A stretch of 64,000 nt of DNA from positions 8,122,001-8,186,000 of the forward strand of contig OZ176056.1 of NCBI GenBank assembly GCA_964247055.1, given 5' to 3'. The position numbers were made by a program, and so were the translations under genes. Under the pieces are notes generated by a model. The model searched no databases and was not told the origin of the DNA. It worked only from the letters and a program-made list of their open reading frames with translations. Below, one piece after another: positions 53,798-64,000 of this stretch (positions within the stretch are counted from its first letter, which is position 1; the number at the start of each line of letters is the position of its first letter). Origin of the DNA: Paragordius varius (taxonomy: Eukaryota > Animalia > Nematomorpha).

Positions 53798-56430
53798 CTA
53801 TTATTTTACACACATTGTTATATTGATACAACATTTAAAACTATTTTCTCAAACCTTAAAAGTTTTTAAAATTGAAATGTAAAATCTCAGTTGAAATTAA
53901 TCTATATTTTTATGTTTCATCTTTATATTAATATTTACTGTGTATTTGATAAATTATGTATAATAATTAATCAATTGTCTTCAAAAAACACTCCGTGAAA
54001 TGCGTTTGGTATTTATTACTGCCAGGTAACTTTAAAAAACTATTGTGTTTAGCCACCCAAATCCATATATAAAATATTATTCCGGAAAACATGTGTATTC
54101 ATTTAAATTATATAAAGTAATTTTTCTTATATATGCGCTGATTATAATCATATTTTAAATTAGAGCTTTAATCCGTAAAAATAGCATTAACCCTCTCAAT
54201 CAATGAGAGACTAGATAAAGTATCGTTTTATAAAAATCTAATTTAATAAAAAATTAATTCTGCGATTGGAGCGTATTTCCAACTGAAACAAGCCCGAATA
54301 ATAAACAGTTAAAGTTATATGAAAGCCCCGAATATTATGCTATCTTTTGATTTAATTTTTTTAGTATCAAATACTAGGATTAACTTTATGCAGTGAAAAA
54401 GAATATCGAGGTTCGTGCGGAATTATAGGACCCAAAATTAAAATACATATTACTTTTTGAAATCATATCGTAATGGTTTTTGTCTTACATTATTAACATT
54501 GTAAAAAAGTTTTTCACGCTATAGTTGTCCCAATTATGATGTTGAAAGATTACTGAGAGCTTTAATATTAAACATCTAACCTCCGTTTACCATTATGGGA
54601 CTGGCGAGAAAAGGAAACTGGTTCATTATCAAATTATGTCGACAGAAACAAGAAGGGAGGAGATTACTATCTGAGATTGGTAGGTTACTTTCAATGCTAA
54701 CTTATCGATCTTAGTGATATAACTTAACAATATTTTTATGATAATAACCTCTTTAACCGCCTTCCTTCCTAAAATTGTTAAGAACTCAAAAATACCAACA
54801 AATCATCTACAAGAAACGTGATAATAGAGTTCTTCTATGAAATACTGGTCAAAACTAGATCCTATGCGAATCAAAAAAATTGTTGTTTTAAAAAAATAGT
54901 TGAAGCGTGGTGTAAACGGCATAAAAACGCTCTATAATAATTTTTCACATGGGAACTGATAAAGATTTCCAATTCTTCAGAAAATTGATAGAAAGATCGT
55001 TTGTTCAATTATGGAAAAATTCAATAAGGAATATTAAGATCGATCATATCTTTCAAATCTTTACAGCCATCGAATTATATGGGAAGCATTTATAATATTT
55101 TCAAGTTTTATTATACTGTTTCTACTATGAACATATGATAAAATATGTTATTCAAAGTCTGCATTAGGTCAAATTTATCATACTACTTCCTAGCCTTTTT
55201 TAAATCCTTAATTTTGGTATTTATGTGTGTATTTTTATTAGTCCGTTTTGAAGATGTCCACAAAGTGAGGACAGATCCTACTTATCATATCATTTGATTT
55301 ATAAAATCTAGCTTTTTATTACCAGAAACCCCAAAACCATGAAAATCTGATGTATTTTTCTATAAGACACCCCATCAATAATTGTTTATAACCCCGATGT
55401 TGTGCCTATATATAGGGATTTTTTTGAAAAAACCCTATTAACCGAATCAATATTTTTATTTGTACTCATAAACAATAATTTTTTAAACTAATTTTTACGT
55501 ACATTAACATTATTCAATATGCCATTGTAAACAAAGATATGTACTAAAATTTATTACATATTACCAAATTATAATGTTAATTTTAAAATTCGCCCTAATT
55601 TTGTCTCTATCTATGGTTTTGTTACGGGAAATATATAGGTAATTTCTTTTACTATTTTTAAAAAATGTATAATAAAAGATTTAGATTTCAATTATAAATT
55701 AGATCTGATTGCATAAATTTTATGTAGTCAGGTAATAAATGCCTTACCTTTGAATATTAAATCGAAATAATACAAATCATCACATATTTGGTGATATTTT
55801 TGCGTATAATAGTATAGTCCATACAATTAACTGCAAAATGGAATATTTTAATCCAAATATATTATGATCGGTCGGACTCGCATTTTTTCATAGGTAAACA
55901 ATGTTTAATTTAAATTGTTGGATTTCTAAACATACCCAAATCAGGTTATGATTTATTAAACTACCATAGGCGAACCCATTAAAGATTATAAAGTTGTTAG
56001 TAGTTATGTTTTACATGTCATCAATCGGATAAATGATATAAATATCATTGATTGTGAGAAACCATAACAAATTTTATCTTACATCTTTACATTTTTCGAT
56101 TTTATAATAATTTAAAATATCATTGGAAAGACCAGTTTTTCGGTATAAATTTAGTATATTCTTAAACATATTTCTGTTTATAAAGTAGCAAAAGGAGGTA
56201 TTTTTAACTAAAATATTGCAAATAAAATATTTTTTACTTAACATTTTAGATTTGGAAAAAGCTACTTCAACAACATTAAAAGTAACAACGCCCAATTTAC
56301 CTGATCAAGTTAAAAAGGTGCCTGTACAACAGCAATTTGTTTGCACGCTTTGCTTGGGATTTGGGTTATTATAGGAAAATTTATTGTAAAAATAAATAAG
56401 ATATGGAAAATTAGATACATTTTAATGCTT

Positions 56431-56661
56431 TACAGTCATGTATCCTTTATTTTACAAAAATTTTTATTTTTTCGTTAAATGGATATAAATATTTGGTAAA
56501 AAATGGAAAAAACAAGAGCTCTATCTCTGGTATTAACAATATCATATTCATCAATAAAGTAGAGGAATTACCATAGAGCTCTTGTTTTTTCCATTCTTTA
56601 CCAAATATTTATACCCATTAACGAAAAAAATCAATGATAAAATAAAGGATACATGACTGTA
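56431..56661. mobile_element. Family I MITE, near-perfect 230-bp palindrome
   Basis: TA-CAGTCATGTATCC...GGATACATGACTG-TA with about 100-bp inverted arms. Confidence 0.88.
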
Positions 56662-57657
56662 TATGAAAGAAAGAAAGATTTTCCAAACCCTATAAAAGAC
56701 TAAATCCGAAAATTTACAAAACAAAAGACGGTAAAAGTATATGGCATATTATTTAATAATATAAATTCCTATTTTCTATACATATCATCACTAAGATTTT
56801 TTAGGGAAATCCGTTTGAGAAAGAAACGATATTATATTCGTCAATTGACAATTTTAAAAAATTATAAAATAGAGAGACCGTTTTTCTAAAGCGCTTAAAA
56901 TCTATATAATCGACTCTCGTTTTTATGAATAGAGTTTAAAGATTGCATTAGTTAAATTAAATTTTAGGACTAGATACTATTAATGGAAAATTTTTTTGAT
57001 TAAAGTGTTACTTTGAAAATGAAATATTTTACCAAAACTTAACATTTTTTCATAAACACGCAAAATTTGTCAGAGCGCAACTATTATCTATTAAAAATAC
57101 ATTTCAATCAAAATCAACATTATTTAATATACCTACTCTTCATTATTAGAACATTTTAAACGTCCAATAAACATTTATCTTAAATCTTTAATTTAATTTT
57201 TTTTGTTTTTATTTTTTAATCAAATAATTAATCATATTCGAAGTGTATATAGCCATTAGGGAAATTAAAATATTAATATATATAAAAAATTCAATAACTA
57301 AAGAGTCAATATTTTTGGATATTTTTAAATATATAATACCTAAAACTTAATTAATAATATATGATAAGTATTGAGTTAAAATGGGAAGTCCTGAGTTTGG
57401 TTTTTGATTAAAAACATTGTTTGATTAAAGAGTGTTAAGGGTATTAATTATTTTCAGATATATTTTTATACTAAGTGGGTTTATATGTTTAAATGATAAT
57501 ATATTTTTATAGTTTACAAAAAAAATATTAGTTTTGCAAACTTTTATTTCATTTGATAAATATAATTAAATTATTAGTAACTAACCACCCATAATTATAC
57601 AATAACACAAATGTGGCTATTAAAATAAAATATCAGCACATTTTTTTTATCATTAAG

Positions 57658-60600
57658 TTATGATCGCGGTCCAAAGATTAATGATCCAATACGAACATAA
57701 GTTGCACCCATTTCGATCTAAAACGATTTATGAACAAAAAAAATAAATTCAAAAATGTAAAATTGTCTTCAAAAAAAGTAAAAATAATTTTGCTAAACAA
57801 TTTAAAATATAGCATTTTTTTGCAGAGTGGAAAATGCTCTCGCTTTTGCAGTATTAGCTTTTAAAGACTTTCAGAAATAATGGAATTCTCTAAATTATTT
57901 AAATAAAAAGGATGTTATGCTTGTTAATTTCAACCCTTAATGTGTGACAAAAAAAAACGAAATCAACCTGTTTTTCGGGTTTAACTAATGAATGTATTAA
58001 ACATTATAAAGAGCTAAATTTAGGCAATTATTTTTGCATTTTCTTAAACAAAGGCAAACAGTTTTAATTTTTTCCATGGTATTGTAGAGTTTTTAAAACT
58101 AAATTTCTCCCCTATATTGTAAACTATTGTTGTATGTTTTTGTTTAATTATTTGATTGAAAAAAAACACACTTTGTGATTCCGGCCAATAATTTTGTGAT
58201 TCCGACCAATAATGAAAACCATTTACAAAAAACTTTTCAGCGTAAAATATATGTATTTTAAAAAAAAATTACTGCATGTTGATAATCGTGAGACATACCC
58301 ATACTTAACTCAATCTCATCCATTGGAATGGATAGCTTAGTGTGGATTACATTTCGACATTCAATCATTTTCTATGCATCATTGCATATAATAATATTTT
58401 ATATTAATGGCATTAAAGGATTGCAAAAAGAATTAATCAATATGATATAATTTTTGGAAAAATATCATAAGGACCATAATTTACAACAGTATTGATATTT
58501 AAAAAAAAGTATATATATATATATACAGTAATAATTGAATTTTTACGGATGATGTAAACAGATAAAGACAAATATTTTTGAATTAAAGACAAACATACTT
58601 TTTAAACTTTGTTTTTTTAGATAAAATATTTAATTATGGCTGGAAAATGTGTTAATAATATACATCTCTATTTCATGCTTTCAAATTTAGAACAATAAGT
58701 TAATAAAAATTTAAGATTTAAATGTATGGTTGTTTTAATAAAGTTTGTCCAAAAATTTTAATTTTTGTCCGTATAATTTCAAAACTATTACTGTATTTTC
58801 TCAAAAATCATTAAATATTACGACGTATTTGTCTCGTTCAAAAAGACATCCAACCATATAGTTTAAAATCTATTTTATTTTTCCTATATATATTAATTGG
58901 AATAGTAAAAATAATTGATTATGTATCACAAATTCATTTACAACTCTATTACATTACTTTGCAATTTAAATGACTTATATTTAATTAGATATATTAAGTA
59001 TATAATTATACTATAAATTTTTTGAAAAAAAACGCTTGTCTCTATATTTTTACGGGTTTGTCAGTATAATTTCAATTTTAATTGAATTATATAAGTAGAC
59101 AAATTCCAAATACCATGAACTATTTTTGATATGATGAGTTCTAAAAAATAAACTTGGAAATCAGGATTAGGATTATGGAGTGTATATGTGGTCAAACTAT
59201 TTTCTTGCGAGCCAATAGTCATAAAACCTCGTAAATGCAATAAATGACATTTTTCACGTATTTTCCGGTAAATTTCAAAACTATCCTCGGACCGAATACC
59301 CCCTTTATCTAAGTAGTTAGTATTTTTGTTTTAAAAATGTTGAAAAAAATAAACTTTGAAGCCATAAACACAATTTATAATATAAAGAGGAAAAAAACGT
59401 AAGATAACACAAATATTTTTTACGCAAATACAATTATACTCATTTAATCCCTTTTATAATATATAATAATCTAAATCAGGCATGGGGTGTTTAACATATA
59501 TGTAGCCTGCGATCATATACAATACGAGATCATTTAACAACTTATTTTCGCCTGAATAAGTCTTATTGTTTTGGCAATGAATTAGCGAAAATTGTTTGTT
59601 AAAACAATAACAGTGGTTTTTGCAGTCTAATGCCGAAATTTAATAACTTTTAAATTAATTAAGGCCCATATATTTTGTAAATAACGAAACTATATCGCAT
59701 ATTTCGATAGACCCCCGCCATAATTTAAAGAAGAATTAAGCTTTTATAAACAGTATGGCTGGCTATCTTTGTAAAAAAAATATTTGCCTTTTAAGTATTA
59801 CGTTTAATCTTTATGCCTATAAAGTTTTACTGCATGCAATTTCGTTTTACAAAAATTATACAAGTGATTAACTATTTTCCTGACTCGTATTAATTTGCAA
59901 AAGAATGTTTAATCGTTTATCTCCCACAAAACATTTCGCCGCCCATGCATCATTAAGTTTTTCGGCAAGTTCAAAAGAGTCCACAGTATGAATCATGTAT
60001 AAATTGGGAATTTCTAAAAAAAATTAATAATTTTTTAATATGAAACATCTTTCATGTGGATAACAAAATTATTATTGATATAAAATTAACTTCCATGAAA
60101 TATATGTTAGATTTGATTAGTATATAAAACTCATATGTTCAAATATATGCCAAAAACAACATAGCATAATATGATTATTAAGTAAGTAATGAAAACAATG
60201 ATATATCTAAAAATATTTGGTAATCATTTATGTCCCAAGCATATAAGATACAAATCATAAAGAACATCCATTTAAAAGAATATTACACGGTATAAGCTAT
60301 TCACATTTAATCAAATGTCCCTCATTCAGATACGGCAAAATTTATCTTTTCACTCAATTTTTATGACAGTCTGACCATCCAAGTGAAATAGATGTTGAAA
60401 CTAAGGAGTAAAAGTTTAGTTTATCAAGTAATTTATATGTCTTGTGTGTATAGTCTGATTTATAATTATAAGGAGAAATCCTAAAAACTGAAGATTTTGT
60501 TAACAACTTGGCAGCTCTAGGACTTTAAAATAAAGTTTTACAATAAATTCGATATATGGTGTCTAAGTCGAGAGATAGTTATACCTTTTAAAACATGTGA

Positions 60601-61544
60601 AACAAATTTTGCAAAGTAGATATTGTGCAGAACATTCAAACCTTGTGTTTGTTGTTAGTAATGGAAGATTTTTACGTTTTCTCAGTTATTAATAAAAATA
60701 ATTGTAAGTATTAAACATAAAGGTCAAAATAAAAACCGTTATGCGGTCGTTGGTGTGTGTGTATAGAATGAAATTACAGGAGCGCTGTTAAAATATCAAA
60801 ATAAACCAATTTAAAGCGGTTTTTGAATTAATGGCTCAAATTTTGAATGCATTTTTCTAGGCTTATGTACATAATTTTTGAGAATGTTCGTCAGCCTAAG
60901 ATTGAGTAATTCGTCAAAAATTAAAATGAGTATTGGTAAATCATAAATGGAAAAATAATAACTTCCAAAAGGAAGTAACTATTTATTGATCAATATATCA
61001 ATTTAAAATTATCTGCTTCGTAAGGTTGTTCTGAAGCATGGAAAAAGTGGGTGAGAATATAAATCGCGGTCATTAAATAAAGTTAATAAACTTCTAAGAC
61101 CGTTTTCTGGGCCATATTGTAAAGAAGTTTACACATAATGATATAACAATTTTAACAATTAAAAATTTTTAAAATAATATATTCAATATTAAATATATTA
61201 CGCAACAATTTGTTGATTTTGTTCTTTTGCAAATGTCCAATAAAATGCCATTTAATATCCGGACAATCTTTTAAAATCTTAATATTTTAAAATATACTTC
61301 GTTATTTTTTGCTTTTGTTTCTAATTCTTGTACCTACAATTATTAAAAATTTAACATAATTTTCGCCAAAATCACGTTGGCCAAATTGATAAGCCAAAAT
61401 TATATCATGTATTGGCTTTAGTTTAGATACAGCTATTAATGTTGGGCTCTAAATATTAAAATAATAGACTTTATGAGATGTGAATTTGGAGATATTATAT
61501 AAAATTTCTTGCAAATTTTTTTGAATATTTTTTGAAATATTCAT
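57658..61544 (-). CDS. PLPBP: Pyridoxal phosphate homeostasis protein (PLPBP/PROSC, YggS family), 8 exons, 244 aa
   Basis: Exons 61544-61470, 61448-61356, 61333-61298, 61277-61202, 60013-59873, 59308-59154, 58371-58273, 57717-57658 sum to 735 nt. Motifs LIAVSKLKP (PLP lysine), FGENY|[57 protein letters not shown]. Introns 21, 22, 20, 1188, 564, 782, 555 nt. Confidence 0.93.
58524..58795. mobile_element. Family B MITE in PLPBP intron 6
   Basis: TA-CAGTAATAATTGAA...TTACTG-TA. Confidence 0.75.
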
Positions 61545-61580
61545 TGGTGAAATTATGGTTGCCAGATGATCAAATATTTG

Positions 61581-62723
61581 CCTATCGATTCAAATTGGGG
61601 TATCTAAATACCCCAGACTAAATTAAAGGTAAGATTTTTAAATAACCACTGAAGGAAACGGTCCCATTTTAAATTTATACTTCTATCCTAATCAAAATTA
61701 TATAAATATGCCAAAATATCTAAATAAAATTTCGTTTTGAAAAAAAAGTCCCATGTCAAACGACTTCGACGCCATTTTTATTCGCAATATTTTTGCAAAA
61801 TATCCTCTTAACACTTGGATACAACACACTCATTTTAGTCCTTCGATTCAAATTGGGGTAGTTTGATACCCCAGGCCTGTTTAAAATAAAATACTTTAAA
61901 AATTATGGAAGGAATCGAAACCATGGCAAAATTTTGCACTTAAATAACATTAATAAACCGAAATATATAAAATTATTCAAAAATACTTGATATAACTTAT
62001 TTTGAGCTAAAACCGAAAGGTAAAAATTTCGTCAACGTGACATGTGTCAAATTTTAAAATTAAAAAATAATACAAAATAAACCTCTTTTTCTATTTCTAT
62101 CAATGTAAGATGTAATTTATATAAAAAATTAGCCTCAATTTTAATCTTAAAATTAAATGAAAACGATATTTTGCAAAAATTTTGTAAAATAAAAATGGCG
62201 TCGAAGTAGTTCGAGATGGAACTTTTTTTTCAAAACAAAATTTTATCAAGATATTTTGGCATATTTATATAATATTTATCAGGATAGAAGCATAAATTTA
62301 AATTGGGACCATTTCCTTCAGTAGTTTTTTAAAAATTTTAATTTAAATTTAGTCTGGTGTATTTAGATACCCCAATTTGAATCGAAGTGTTAATTTTAAG
62401 AGTATAATTAAAGCAAATTTTTAATTTTAATTATATCTAACATTGATAGATAAAAAGTGGTTTATTATGTATTATTCTTCAATTTTATCGTTGCACACAT
62501 ATCACGTTGACTAAATTTTTACCTTTAGGTTTTACTTAAAATATAGGAAATCAAGTATTGCTGAATAATTTTTTATATATTTCGTTTATTAATGCTATAT
62601 AAGTGCAACATTTTGCCATGGTCTTGATACCTTCCATATTTTTCAAAGAATTTAAATTTTAACTGTGGTCCAACTACCCCATTTTGAATTAAAAGACTAA
62701 AATAAATGTGTTGTATCCAAGTG
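61581..62723 (-). mobile_element. Family D element (reverse orientation) interrupted by a second family D copy
   Basis: Two halves (61581-61811 and 62390-62723) rejoin into one reverse-oriented copy; ends ...GTATCCAAGTG-TTAA. Confidence 0.8.
61812..62389 (+). mobile_element. Family D piggyBac-like element, complete, nested
   Basis: TTAA at 61808-61811 and 62390-62393; closely matches the 26840-27411 copy. Confidence 0.88.
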
Positions 62724-63169
62724 TTAAACTAATATTTATAAAAGGTGTGCCAACTTTGCTTATGTTTAGATAAAACGGATCATATCTAATTTAAAGTAAT
62801 TACGTCGACAGTCATAAAAGTCTAATAAGCCCTAAGTTGCGTTCCACCCTAGGTTAAAATGTTTTAAAAATAAGAGTCCTTAAAATTAGTTTTATTTCGA
62901 AAAAATGTGTGGGTCCAAACTCTTTGAACATTAATTTTTATTGTTTTATAAATGCGCTAATAGTGACTAAGACTTTTTTAAATTAAGTTTAGCCCATACT
63001 TCTATAAATTTGGGTTTTTGGAAGAATTGTTGGCTTCAAAACACTATGTGCGTACAGCCTATTTCATCAAAACAATTTATTAGTTTTGCAAAGCCGAAGT
63101 GACTAAGATTTGAAATCGGCCCTTTATTTTAGCCCCACTTGGTGTGAAAATAAAGTTATTATAATATTT

Positions 63170-63465
63170 TATTAATGGTGAATCATTTCAAAAAACATGC
63201 AGGTTAATGTAAATTCAAAAATAGCTCAGTTTTATTAGAATGCGAGAAGGTGAAATAACCATTTTATTAATCCTCTGTCCAGTCTACCCGTGTACAAATA
63301 GTTTTTTTAGCAAATATTGATTTTAGGCACGTTTTCGAAACATGTATTGCCTATCGCTAATGGGTAAAAAAGTAGGTAATAGTTTAAATTTTAGTACAAT
63401 CGGTTGGCCTCTCCGAACCTTAAGTTCTGTATTTTCTCTTTCTCAACTATGGTCAGAACTATATT
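63170..63465 (-). pseudogene. Possible transglutaminase N-terminal domain fragment
   Basis: Minus frame YSSDHS*ERENTELKVRRGQPIVLKFKLLPTFLPISD resembles the TG signature DHHT..YEN..L.VRRGQPF.......PY.P..D. In-frame TGA at 63445-63443; no room for a full gene before 62723. Confidence 0.4.
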
Positions 63466-64000
63466 CTATATATTATATATGCATACGAATTCTTAAACCC
63501 GTTTTTTATGTACACTGTTTAAAAATTTATCATAAAGCCACCTATTGCTTGATTGAAGTACTATCACTTTTAATAATGTTAGACTAATAATCTCCATATA
63601 TATTTTAATTACATGATGGTCGTATTCTATCAGAAGTCTTCTTTGTCTTTAAGGCATTTGTTTGTAGGAATAGAACAATAAGCAAAGACAGGTGCCGGGA
63701 ACTCCGTCAACTCGGCGGCCATAACCTTTACTGCCCCCCATAAAACCATATTAAATTAAAAAAATACATTTTGAGCTGATATTGATTAGATAATGCTGTT
63801 AGATCTATATCTTATGCACTTGCTTAATTATTCATAAATTATTTATATACTTAATTTCTATTCTAAAATATTACCTATTTTTTTATAATTTAAAATCGTA
63901 ATATCATTTGAATACATTCAGCCTGTCAGAGTCGCTTTAGTCCCTCTACTTAGCTGCTAAATCACGTTATCTGCAAAATATTAAAAAAAAGTTATCGATT

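Noticed and set aside
53980-54180. Candidate mini-gene with a 27-nt intron (54026-54052); similar exon-like patches at 52560-52710, 54525-54710 and 56155-56375
   Set aside because: Products are short and unrecognisable. Short GT-AG pairs and 50-60-codon open frames arise often by chance at this AT content.
58172-58212. 21-bp tandem duplication GTGATTCCGGCCAATAATTTT
   Set aside because: Two copies only; an ordinary slippage duplication
59141-59153. 13-nt GT-AG segment after PLPBP exon 6
   Set aside because: Followed by a stop after 6 codons; the real next exon (LSMGMS) is at 58371
1-64000. Ciliate or other non-standard genetic code as the explanation for tiny introns
   Set aside because: TAA and TGA terminate genes at the expected positions, TGG encodes conserved Trp, and Gln uses CAA/CAG

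Overview
Very AT-rich (roughly three-quarters A+T by eye) intron-containing animal genomic DNA using the standard genetic code. The species cannot be identified from sequence alone. I reconstructed six host genes by hand from GT-AG boundaries and codon phase, most of them invisible to the ORF track: a 5'-partial haspin kinase (+), ArfGAP2/3 (-), two convergent bestrophin paralogs (+ and -), RPL26 (-) and PLPBP/YggS (-). A weak transglutaminase-like fragment lies near the right edge. Introns and intergenic space are filled with DNA transposons: several MITE families (TATA-CC/21-bp-repeat, Tc1/pogo-like, hAT, piggyBac-like TTAA), a 1.46-kb foldback, a decayed Charlie-type hAT, and a 4.3-kb Chapaev3-like element with about 1.27-kb inverted arms carrying a captured LINE fragment. 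The standout signal is spliceosomal introns of only 20-27 nt. Three occur consecutively in PLPBP, at least two at positions matching the human gene as I recall it, and three more interrupt the Chapaev3 transposase. They coexist with kb-long TE-inflated introns and with 3' splice sites that often lack a pyrimidine tract or use AAG. All coordinates were hand-counted and no database searches were run.
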